Below, in pieces: positions 44,999 to 53,619 of a stretch of 64,000 nucleotides of DNA. The DNA is from a virus. How positions within the stretch are numbered: position 1 is the stretch's first letter; each line of letters begins with the position of its first letter. The stretch covers positions 11,883 to 75,882 of the IMG/VR virus record IMGVR_UViG_3300025030_000081. One strand, given 5' to 3'. A program made the position numbers and the translations under genes. The notes beneath the pieces are model-generated. The model did not search any database. It saw only the letters and a list, made by a program, of their open reading frames with translations, and had not been told where the DNA came from.

Positions 44999-45475
44999 AT
45001 GAATAACTTGATAAATCAAGATGTAATTAACATTGACTTAAAAAATAACGAGATACTCATAAGGAAGCGCAGCCACAGATCGATCCGCGCACCGTTCTCA
45101 GTAGTGAGTATGCTAACCAACAAGAAACAGAGAAGGCGGGTGATTCAAATGGATGTCTTTGATTTACTGGATAAAGTTAGCAAGGGCGCCTTCAGCGTGT
45201 TCAACAATTTGAAGTACAACCGGTCTGAGGAAGACAACGTCACCCAGTATGTCGGCGACGAGATGAACAAGACAGAGAGGGAGAGCCTGAGCAGGCGTCT
45301 GAAGGAGCTGAAGGATGTGGGTTTGATCAGGCGGGTTAAAAAAGAGTTGAAAAGTGGTGGCGGAAAAGTTTATACATTCAAAGACCCGCGGAACACATTC
45401 ATCATCAACCCGGAGATGATCCGCTGTCAGGACCACGACGAGGCGGAACACCTATGGAACCAGTGCACCAAATAA
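44999..45475 (+). CDS. Winged-helix DNA-binding protein (RepL-like)
   Basis: SLSRRLKELKDVGLIRRV...FIINP pattern. Confidence 0.6.
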   Translation: MNNLINQDVINIDLKNNEILIRKRSHRSIRAPFSVVSMLTNKKQRRRVIQMDVFDLLDKVSKGAFSVFNNLKYNRSEEDNVTQYVGDEMNKTERESLSRRLKELKDVGLIRRVKKELKSGGGKVYTFKDPRNTFIINPEMIRCQDHDEAEHLWNQCTK

Positions 45476-45487
45476 GCGAGGCTATTA

Positions 45488-45724
45488 ATGGCAATTACCG
45501 ATCTTCGTGAAGTGAGGTGTGGCAAGGATCCCGCGGCCATCCTTGAGACTCTCGACCACATCAGGGAGCAGATACTCTCCGGTGAGGTTATCGGCATCAT
45601 GGCGGTTCTCGACCATCCGGACGGAAAGTACACGACTGTCGGTTCAGGAAGTCCCGATTCCCGACAGACGGTAGGCGGGCTGTTCGAGCTTGCCATCCGA
45701 CGTGCGGGGTTCGAGTACAGATGA
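45488..45724 (+). CDS. Hypothetical protein
   Basis: GAGG RBS. Confidence 0.55.
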   Translation: MAITDLREVRCGKDPAAILETLDHIREQILSGEVIGIMAVLDHPDGKYTTVGSGSPDSRQTVGGLFELAIRRAGFEYR

Positions 45725-45745
45725 GCAACCTAAAGGACAGACTCA

Positions 45746-46447
45746 ATGAAAGCAGCGCATAACACGCCGATCACGATCGAGGAGTTCAAGGAAGCCCTGC
45801 CGGCGCACATACGCAAGACGGTCAACCAGGACGTGCTCGACACCATCAACGCGGGCATGTCGGATCCCGAAGTGCTGGCCGTCTACCGTGAGAACGTGAT
45901 AGGCCTGACGACCGTGCTGCAGGAAGGGCGCTTCAAGATGAGCGACTACCTGAGCGCGGTGAAGTTCGTCAGCCACAAGCTCTTGGGGGACAACAACATC
46001 GTCGCCTGGTCCAAGACCTTCCCCGACCGGTACAACGCCATGCGTCAGAGGGGCAATTCCTCCAGCGAGATAGCTTCCGTCTGTTCCCGTTACGGCACCA
46101 GCAAGCTGGTGATACTGTTACTGGGTCAGACGATGATGCCGACGCACATCCTCAATGCCCCACTGTACCAGAAGGCGATCAATGTGCAGGCCGATCTGAT
46201 GATGAACGCCAAGAGCGAGAAGGTAAGATCCGACGCCGCGGCAAATCTTTTGTTGACATTGAAACCGCCTGAGGTTAAGAAGGTGGAGTTGTCGATCGGA
46301 CTGCAGGAAGATTCAGCCATTACTCAACTACGAGAGTCCACGATGGCACTAGTCAACCAGCAGCGTCAAATGATCGAACAGGGGGCATTGTCAGTGCGAT
46401 CTATTGCCGAGAGTAAACTGATTACCATCGATGTGACGGATGCCTAA
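45746..46447 (+). CDS. Putative terminase small subunit (N4 gp69-like)
   Basis: Y.SAVKFVSHKL.G, TFPDRY, AKSEKVRSDAA motifs; directly upstream of TerL. Confidence 0.8.
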   Translation: MKAAHNTPITIEEFKEALPAHIRKTVNQDVLDTINAGMSDPEVLAVYRENVIGLTTVLQEGRFKMSDYLSAVKFVSHKLLGDNNIVAWSKTFPDRYNAMRQRGNSSSEIASVCSRYGTSKLVILLLGQTMMPTHILNAPLYQKAINVQADLMMNAKSEKVRSDAAANLLLTLKPPEVKKVELSIGLQEDSAITQLRESTMALVNQQRQMIEQGALSVRSIAESKLITIDVTDA

Positions 46448-49067
46448 GCCTGTACTGGAAGGCACCACCTACCCCAAGAAGACAGTGATTGAGTGGTTGA
46501 ACTCGGTTGATTACGGTAACGACCTCTTCTACGTTCCTGATGCATTCGCCCTCGAATTCCTAAACTTCATCAAGATGGTCAACGGTGATGCCGGGGAGGA
46601 ACACACCTCTCCGGTTACCCACCTGCGCATGCTGGACAATGTCCATGGACCTGACCAGAAGATCCTGAACATGTGCAGTCGCGGTTTGGCGAAGACTACC
46701 CTGATGGGTGAATACCTGTTCCTCTACATCGCCGTCTATGGCGAGATCCCCGGTTTCGGCAAGGTGAACCTGGCGCTGTATGTCTCGGACAGCATCGAGA
46801 ACGGCGTCAAGAATATGAGGAAGAACCTGGAGTTCCGCTGGGAGAACAGCGCCTTCCTGCAGAAGTACGTGCCCACGACGCGCTTCACCGATATCCGCTG
46901 GGAGTTCGTCAACGCCGACGGCCGGGTGTTCGTGGTGAAGGGGTACGGAGCCAAGGCACTGGCTCTGGACAGCAAACTGTTTACGATTAATGGCCTAACC
47001 ACGATTGGGGAGTGTCGGGTGGGGGATCAGATTTTTGGAGCAGACGGAAAGCTCACGACTATCACCGCCAAGAGTGAAATGTTTCACAAGCCAATGTACC
47101 AGTTGAGTCTTGCTGATGGGCGTTCGATCCGGGCGTCAGAAGATCATCTAAACCCAGTCGTAATCAATACTAACCCAAACAACACTGTGCGCTGGGAAGA
47201 GAAAGTACTGACTACTTTGGAGCTGATGGAACAGCCACTACTCCATACCAAAAAGGGAAATCTGAAACATCGAGGCACCTCTAGCAAGAGCTTGGTATTC
47301 GTAAAAAACATTGAACCGCTACAGTACCCAGAGGCTAACCTTACTATTGACCCGTACACCTTGGGTGTTGTGATTGGGGATGGCCGGATTCGCAAGGATT
47401 GTGGGTCAGTGGAATTGACCGTGAGCTCTGACGAATTGGCCCACTACCATGCTCAAGTGCCCTACGAGTTCGGAAAAATTTACGTGGATCCAAGATCCAG
47501 TGCAGTCACTCAGAGTATCCGGGGATTGGGCAAGCGGCTTATGGTAATGAAGCTCAACGTACGTGGGGAGCAAAAATTCATCCCTCCCGAGTACTTCTTA
47601 GGTTCTATCGAACAGCGCCTAGCCTTGCTGCAGGGGCTGATGGACACGGATGGCACCGTCTTAGAGAACGGACGAATGAGTTTTACCAGTTCGTCGCGCC
47701 AATTGGTGAATGACCTGGCTTGCCTGGTACGTTCCTTGGGTGGCACTGCTGGTCCTATCTGCAAGCACTCTAGCGCGGAGGCATACCGGGTTGAGAGTTG
47801 GATGCAACTTAACCCATTTCGCCTAGCCCGAAAGGCTGCCCGATTTGTGGCAAAAATTAAGCATGTGGCTGTGGTGTCAATCGATCGAATTGCTGATGAA
47901 CCCAGCCAGTGTATCGCGGTGAATAATGACGAGCATCAGTTTGTCACCGAATGCTATTTTCGTACTCACAATACCGGAGTCCGCGGTGCCAAGGAAATGG
48001 GTGTCCGGCCGCAGCTTGCGGTCCTGGACGACCTGATCTCCGATGAGGATGCCCGGTCGGAGACCGTCATCAAGTCGATCGAGAACACCGTCAACAAGGC
48101 GGTCAACTTCGCTCTGCACCCCACCCACTCGAAGATCCTCTGGTCGGGCACACCCTTCAACGCGCGGGATCCCTTGTACAAGGCGGTGGAGTCCGGTGCC
48201 TGGAAGGTCAACGTCTTTCCGGTCTGCAACCAGTTCCCCTGTTCGCCGGCCGACTTCCGCGGCGCCTGGGAGAGTCGCTTCCCTTATAGCTACGTGAAGC
48301 AGCAGTACGACTTCGCGCTGGCACAGGGGAAGATCGCCGACTTCAACCAGGAGCTGATGCTTAGGATCATGAGTGAGGAGGACCGGCTGATCCTGGACGG
48401 GGACATCCTCTGGTACAACCGCTCCAACCTGCTCGCCAACAAATCCAAATTCAACTACTACATCACCACCGACTTCGCCACCAGCGAGAAGCAATCGGCT
48501 GACTACTCGGTCATCGCGGTATGGGCACTGAACAGCAAAGGTTTTTGGTTCCTGGTGGACGGGATCTGCAAGCGGCAGACGATGGACAAGAACATAGAGT
48601 CCCTGTTCATGTTCGCCCAGATCTACAGCCCGCAGCAGGTGGGCATCGAGATAAGCGGCCAGCAGGGCGGCTTCATCCCCTGGATCCAATCGCAGATGCT
48701 GGATCGGAACTGCTACTTCACGATGGCCAGCGACGGCAACAGCAACGCCCCGGGGATCAATCCCAATACAAACAAGATGGTGCGGTTTAACATAGTCGTG
48801 CCCTGGTTTAAGTCACACATAATGTTCTTCCCGAATGAGCTGAAGGACACTCCGTTCATCCAGGAGTACCTCGCTGAACTTCAGCTGGTTTCTCCTGCCG
48901 GATTCAAATCCAAAAATGATGATTGTCTTGACACAATCTCCATGCTATCTTCCCTCAAAGTTTGGCGACCGTCTGAAGCGGCGGAAATGATCCGGCGTAA
49001 AGACGATATGTGGGACATTGAGCAAGAAAGTATTGACGACTGCGCATTAAGCTCGTATGTTGTGTGA
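46440..49067 (+). CDS. terL: Terminase large subunit (N4 gp68-like) containing an intein; 536-aa extein
   Basis: RGLAKTT, LAVLDDL, GTPF, TTDFATS, DDCLDTISML; KGYGAK|TGVRG restored on intein removal. Confidence 0.93.
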   Translation: MPKPVLEGTTYPKKTVIEWLNSVDYGNDLFYVPDAFALEFLNFIKMVNGDAGEEHTSPVTHLRMLDNVHGPDQKILNMCSRGLAKTTLMGEYLFLYIAVYGEIPGFGKVNLALYVSDSIENGVKNMRKNLEFRWENSAFLQKYVPTTRFTDIRWEFVNADGRVFVVKGYGAKALALDSKLFTINGLTTIGECRVGDQIFGADGKLTTITAKSEMFHKPMYQLSLADGRSIRASEDHLNPVVINTNPNNTVRWEEKVLTTLELMEQPLLHTKKGNLKHRGTSSKSLVFVKNIEPLQYPEANLTIDPYTLGVVIGDGRIRKDCGSVELTVSSDELAHYHAQVPYEFGKIYVDPRSSAVTQSIRGLGKRLMVMKLNVRGEQKFIPPEYFLGSIEQRLALLQGLMDTDGTVLENGRMSFTSSSRQLVNDLACLVRSLGGTAGPICKHSSAEAYRVESWMQLNPFRLARKAARFVAKIKHVAVVSIDRIADEPSQCIAVNNDEHQFVTECYFRTHNTGVRGAKEMGVRPQLAVLDDLISDEDARSETVIKSIENTVNKAVNFALHPTHSKILWSGTPFNARDPLYKAVESGAWKVNVFPVCNQFPCSPADFRGAWESRFPYSYVKQQYDFALAQGKIADFNQELMLRIMSEEDRLILDGDILWYNRSNLLANKSKFNYYITTDFATSEKQSADYSVIAVWALNSKGFWFLVDGICKRQTMDKNIESLFMFAQIYSPQQVGIEISGQQGGFIPWIQSQMLDRNCYFTMASDGNSNAPGINPNTNKMVRFNIVVPWFKSHIMFFPNELKDTPFIQEYLAELQLVSPAGFKSKNDDCLDTISMLSSLKVWRPSEAAEMIRRKDDMWDIEQESIDDCALSSYVV
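46956..47972 (+). mobile_element. 339-aa intein with LAGLIDADG endonuclease; Ala1 start, class-3 type
   Basis: ALALDSKL start, ASEDHL block B, LGVVIGDG and LQGLMDTDG, QCIAV block F, THN|T end; lower GC. Confidence 0.92.
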
Positions 49068-49098
49068 AAGTTGAGTCAGTTCTTACAAGGGGCATCCA

Positions 49099-49812
49099 AT
49101 GCTAAAGCTTAAAGATCTGTTTACATTGCTTGCCGCCGGGGATCTTTCCAATGTCTCGCTGGGCAGAGACAGTTATGGCGAGATCAATGAGACTGAATAC
49201 CCGAAAGTGATCGGGGCCATCAATCTCGGGTTGGTGGAGCTATGCAAACGCTTCAGGCTGTTGGAGAACGAGCTGCTGCTCCATGTCACTCCCGCCACCT
49301 CGCTCTACTACTTACGGGACGCTAACGTCGTAGGACTGGTGCCGAGTCCCACCAGGTACATCGAACTGCTGAGCGGCCAGAGCAGCGTGAACATCATCGA
49401 GGTCACCGGGGTATTCGATTCCGCCGGTAACGAGATCATAATCAACAACCGGCACACCACGCCAAGTATTGTTCAGGCGGCGACGGATACCTTACGGTTT
49501 AGCGGACTGACTGCCGCAACCACGTATAACGTCGTCTACCAGGCGCACCCGGACAAGATTGATTTAAACACCGCCTACAGCTCGGAGACCTGCATACTTC
49601 CGGTACCCGATGCGGTGATCGAACCGTTAATGTTTTACGTAGCTCACCGCATATACAAGCCGGGCGGAGTTAACAACTCTGCAGCCAATGCCGACAAAAG
49701 CGCCGGTTACCAGCAGCAGTACGAACTCTCGTGCCAGAAGATCGAGCTGCTTGGTTTAGGCATACAAAACTGCGACAGTGAGGATACATTTGCCGCGAAA
49801 GGGTGGGTCTAG
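49099..49812 (+). CDS. Virion structural protein (N4 gp67-like head-tail adaptor)
   Basis: L..G.LS, INLGL..L.KRF, YQA.P, YE..C..IE, F..KGWV; synteny. Confidence 0.78.
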   Translation: MLKLKDLFTLLAAGDLSNVSLGRDSYGEINETEYPKVIGAINLGLVELCKRFRLLENELLLHVTPATSLYYLRDANVVGLVPSPTRYIELLSGQSSVNIIEVTGVFDSAGNEIIINNRHTTPSIVQAATDTLRFSGLTAATTYNVVYQAHPDKIDLNTAYSSETCILPVPDAVIEPLMFYVAHRIYKPGGVNNSAANADKSAGYQQQYELSCQKIELLGLGIQNCDSEDTFAAKGWV

Positions 49813-49815
49813 TCT

Positions 49816-52002
49816 ATGGGCATGACGGAAACTGTTGATCCGGCTGGCGTCGAAATCGCTCCAATGACCAATTGGAAAAACGAGCCCAAGGTCTCTGATC
49901 TGAAACAGAACCTGGACGACGCCGAGATCGACCATAGCGGCCATAGAGCTAATGTCACCCGCTGGCTGAACAGTCGGGCTGCGGTGCGGGCGAAGGTTGA
50001 GGGGCGTTCCAACGTGGCGCCTAAGCTGATTCGCAAGCAGGCCGAGTGGCGCTACTCCTCGCTGTCGGATCCGTTCCTGAGCACGCCGGATATCTTCAAC
50101 GTCTATCCGGTCACGGCCGGCGACATCAACCGGGCGAGACAGAACGAGCTGGTGCTGAACCAGCAGTTCAATACCAAACTGGATAAAGTGAAGTTCATCG
50201 ACGACTATGTCAGAGAGGCTGTGGACATCGGCACGGTCATCGTCAAGCTCGGCTGGGTGACTGAAGAAGAGGAACGCACCGAGACTAAATCGAGTTACCG
50301 GTACCTGCCGGATAACACCGGCAAGCTGGCTGAATACTACATGCAGCTGATGCAGATGCGTGTGGAGGATCCGGAAGGCTACGCTGACCACAGCACGCCG
50401 GGCATCGATCACGCCCTGGAATTGTTTCAGCAGAGTGGTGTTGCCATGTTTGCCAAAGAGACAGGCAAGGTCACCGTCACCAAGATGGTCGAGACCAAGA
50501 ACCAGCCGGTAGTCGAGATCCCACTAAGCGAGAACATCATCATCGATCCCTCCTGCGGCGGTGACATCAGCAAGGCTCTCTTTGTCGGTGAGAAGTTCCG
50601 TTCCTCGCTGTCGGCATTGAAGCGCGACGGCAAGTACAAGAACCTGGACAAGATAAACGTCAAAGCCCTGCCGAGCACGATAGCCGAAGAAGCGACCACG
50701 ACACCCCAGGCAGATCAGTCCACCTTCAGCTTCAAGGACAGCCCGCGCAAGCAATTCACCGTCCACACCTATTGGGGCGAGTGGGATATCAACGGCGACG
50801 GTACGACCCGGCAGATCGTCTGTTCCTGGGTAGGGGACGTCTGTATCCGGAAAGAATTGAATCCCTTTCCCGACCAGCTGCCGCCGTTCGTGAAGGCGGT
50901 CTACATGCCGGTACGGGCGTCCGTCTACGGTGAGCCTGACGGTGAGCTCCTGAAGGATAACCAGGACATCATCGGCGCGGTCACCCGCGGTGCGATCGAT
51001 TTGATGGCCAAGTCGGCCAACAGTCAGACGGGCATGCGCAAGGACATGCTGGACGTAACCAACAAGCGCCTGTACAAGAAGGGCGCCGACTACGAGTTCA
51101 ACGCCAGTGTGGATCCCGCACACGGCGTCTACCAGCACAAGTTTCCGGAGATCCCCCGGTCGGTCTTCGACATGCTCGGTGTCCAGAACAACGAGGCGGA
51201 GAGCCTGACAGGTGTCAAGGCGTACTCCTCTGGCATCAACTCCGGGGCGCTCGGTGATGGCGCGCGCAACGCCGGCCGGGTGCTGGATGCCGCGGCCCGG
51301 AGAGAGCTCGGGATTCTGCGACGCCTGGCTCAGGGCATCCTGGCCGTCGGCCGGAAGATCATCGCCATGAATGCCGAGTTCCTGTCCGAAGAAGAGGTGG
51401 TCAGGATCACCGACCGGAAGTTCATCCAGGTACGCCGGGACGACCTGGCCGGCAACTTCGATCTGCGCCTGGTCATCTCGACCGCGGAAGAGGATGCGGC
51501 CAAGGCTGAAGAGCTGGCCTTCATGCTGCAGACCGCCGGACCGAACATGGACCTGGAATTCTCCAAGATGATCTGGGCCGACATCGCCCGCCTGCGCAAG
51601 ATGCCCGGGCTGGCCGACCGGATCGAGAAGTTCCAGCCGCAACCCGATCCGCTTGCCAAGGCCAAGGCCGAGATGGAGGTTGCGCTGCTCCAGGCCCAGA
51701 TCGCCAAGGAAGAGGCGCTGGCGCAGAAGCACCTGGCGGAAGCTCAGGCAGCAGGCGGCCGAGGACTCAGGGATGCCACCCAGGCGGACCTCAACCAGGC
51801 CAAGGCAGGGGAGGCATCGGCTAAGGGTGAGCTGCACCGCTCAGAGGCGGACAAGGGCAACCTGGACTACATGCAGACGGCCGACGGCACGAAGCACATG
51901 CGCGAGCTGGAGAAGCAGGACCAGAAGGACGGCAACGCTCTGGCGATCGCGGTTGCCAAAGAGAAGGCCAAGCCGGTCAAGCCGGTAGTCAGTAAGAAGT
52001 AA
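49816..52002 (+). CDS. Portal protein (N4 gp59-like)
   Basis: W.NEP...LK.., PKLIRKQAEWRY..LS.PFL, YGEPDGELL.DNQ. Confidence 0.92.
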   Translation: MGMTETVDPAGVEIAPMTNWKNEPKVSDLKQNLDDAEIDHSGHRANVTRWLNSRAAVRAKVEGRSNVAPKLIRKQAEWRYSSLSDPFLSTPDIFNVYPVTAGDINRARQNELVLNQQFNTKLDKVKFIDDYVREAVDIGTVIVKLGWVTEEEERTETKSSYRYLPDNTGKLAEYYMQLMQMRVEDPEGYADHSTPGIDHALELFQQSGVAMFAKETGKVTVTKMVETKNQPVVEIPLSENIIIDPSCGGDISKALFVGEKFRSSLSALKRDGKYKNLDKINVKALPSTIAEEATTTPQADQSTFSFKDSPRKQFTVHTYWGEWDINGDGTTRQIVCSWVGDVCIRKELNPFPDQLPPFVKAVYMPVRASVYGEPDGELLKDNQDIIGAVTRGAIDLMAKSANSQTGMRKDMLDVTNKRLYKKGADYEFNASVDPAHGVYQHKFPEIPRSVFDMLGVQNNEAESLTGVKAYSSGINSGALGDGARNAGRVLDAAARRELGILRRLAQGILAVGRKIIAMNAEFLSEEEVVRITDRKFIQVRRDDLAGNFDLRLVISTAEEDAAKAEELAFMLQTAGPNMDLEFSKMIWADIARLRKMPGLADRIEKFQPQPDPLAKAKAEMEVALLQAQIAKEEALAQKHLAEAQAAGGRGLRDATQADLNQAKAGEASAKGELHRSEADKGNLDYMQTADGTKHMRELEKQDQKDGNALAIAVAKEKAKPVKPVVSKK

Positions 52003-52067
52003 CAAGCGCTCAGCGCATACTATAACTCTAGCCCGACAACGGGGCAGAGGACACAAGGAGATTCACC

Positions 52068-52418
52068 ATGAGCACTGCAGAGGACCTGAACAGCATCGAA
52101 ATAAGCATCGCCCAGGCGAGGGTATCCATCGCCCGCAAGGACCAGCTGGTTCGCCTGCAGGGTAACCCGGACTTCGTGGCCCTGATCGAGAAAGGCTTCA
52201 TGGAGTCGCACGCAGTCAGGCAGGTCATGCTGAAGGCACATCCGTCCCTGCAGAGCGAGGCCCAGCAGAAGCTCCTGGATCAGCAGATCACCGCGATCGG
52301 CGGTTTCAAACAGTTCCTGATCGGCGTGTACACCGAAGGGATGAACGCGGCTGCCGCACTGGCCGCCGACGAGCAGACCCGTGAAGACCTGCTCGCGGAG
52401 GGACTCGCCGATGAGTAA
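52068..52418 (+). CDS. N4 gp58-like protein
   Basis: L.RL..NPDF..LI..GF motif; synteny. Confidence 0.75.
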   Translation: MSTAEDLNSIEISIAQARVSIARKDQLVRLQGNPDFVALIEKGFMESHAVRQVMLKAHPSLQSEAQQKLLDQQITAIGGFKQFLIGVYTEGMNAAAALAADEQTREDLLAEGLADE

Positions 52419-53601
52419 TCCCGCCGACGTACTGAACATGTCCGACGAGGAGTTCATGAAGCAGGATCCGTCCTCCTTCGAGATTGCGCCGGCCGACACC
52501 ACAACCGAAGCTGCCGAGGAAGACTCCGGTGATGAGGAGGCGTCAGCCGACGACAATCACCGGGAGGCTGACGAAGGCGCAGATACAAAAACAGCAACCC
52601 CCGCAGTTGACGCAGCTGCAGCTACAGTTGCAGACGCCACGCCCGCCGGTGCAGACGCAGGAAGCAAAGTCGGTCCTTCCGGTGAGAAGGGTCATGCCGA
52701 CGAACCCGGCGCTGCTGCCGCGGAGACAAAGCCTGCTGCCGCAACCGGTATGACCGATGAGCAGTATGTCGAGATCGGCAAGCAGATCATGACCGAGTTC
52801 AAGGCCAACGGCACGAGCATCAAGGTGAAGAGCGTCGAGGATGCCATCCAGCTGATGCAGATGGGCGCCAACTATCACAAGAAGATGTCCGGTCTGAAGC
52901 CTTCGCTGAAGACGCTGAAGCTCCTGGAAAACAACGGCCTGATGGATCCGGAGAAACTCAACTACCTGATCGATCTCAGCCAGAAGAAGCCGGAGGCGAT
53001 TGCCCAGTTACTGAAAGACAGCAAGATCGATCCGATGAACATCGACTTGGCTGACACGAAAGAATACGTTCCGCAACAGCGATCCGTAAGCGACACAGAG
53101 CTTCTATTGGATGAGGTACTGGAAAGCATTAGCCATTCCACCCACTACAATAAAACTCTCACTGTCCTGGGTGATGAGTGGGACGCGGAGAGCCGTAACC
53201 TGCTGGCGGCGAATCCGGTTGTAATCCGGACAATCAACGCCCACATGGAGAACGGCATCTACGACCAGGTAGCACGGGCGGTTGCCTATGAGCGAAGTCT
53301 GGGTAAATTGGCCGGGGTGAGCGACTACGAAGCGTACCAACAGGTCGGTTCGCACATGCACGAAAACGGACTCTTCGTTTCTGCCGCTGTGCAGCCGGAT
53401 AAGGGCGCGACCAAGCCGACAGCACCTGCCGACACCCAAGCAAGCAACGCAGCCGCAATCGAGGCCGCCGCTCGAGCAGAACGCAAAAGAGCGGCAAGTC
53501 CTTCTCGTACCGGTAAGGCGGTGGACGACAGCAAGACGACGTACAATCCGCTCACCATGTCCGATGAAGATTTCGTTAAACTCAACAACCTGCGCATCTA
53601 A
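52411..53601 (+). CDS. N4 gp57-like protein (probable scaffold)
   Basis: MSDEEF motif at N-terminus and MSDEDF at C-terminus; FKANG, LMQMGANY; precedes MCP. Confidence 0.8.
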   Translation: MSNPADVLNMSDEEFMKQDPSSFEIAPADTTTEAAEEDSGDEEASADDNHREADEGADTKTATPAVDAAAATVADATPAGADAGSKVGPSGEKGHADEPGAAAAETKPAAATGMTDEQYVEIGKQIMTEFKANGTSIKVKSVEDAIQLMQMGANYHKKMSGLKPSLKTLKLLENNGLMDPEKLNYLIDLSQKKPEAIAQLLKDSKIDPMNIDLADTKEYVPQQRSVSDTELLLDEVLESISHSTHYNKTLTVLGDEWDAESRNLLAANPVVIRTINAHMENGIYDQVARAVAYERSLGKLAGVSDYEAYQQVGSHMHENGLFVSAAVQPDKGATKPTAPADTQASNAAAIEAAARAERKRAASPSRTGKAVDDSKTTYNPLTMSDEDFVKLNNLRI

Positions 53602-53619
53602 GCGCCAAAAAGGATAACC

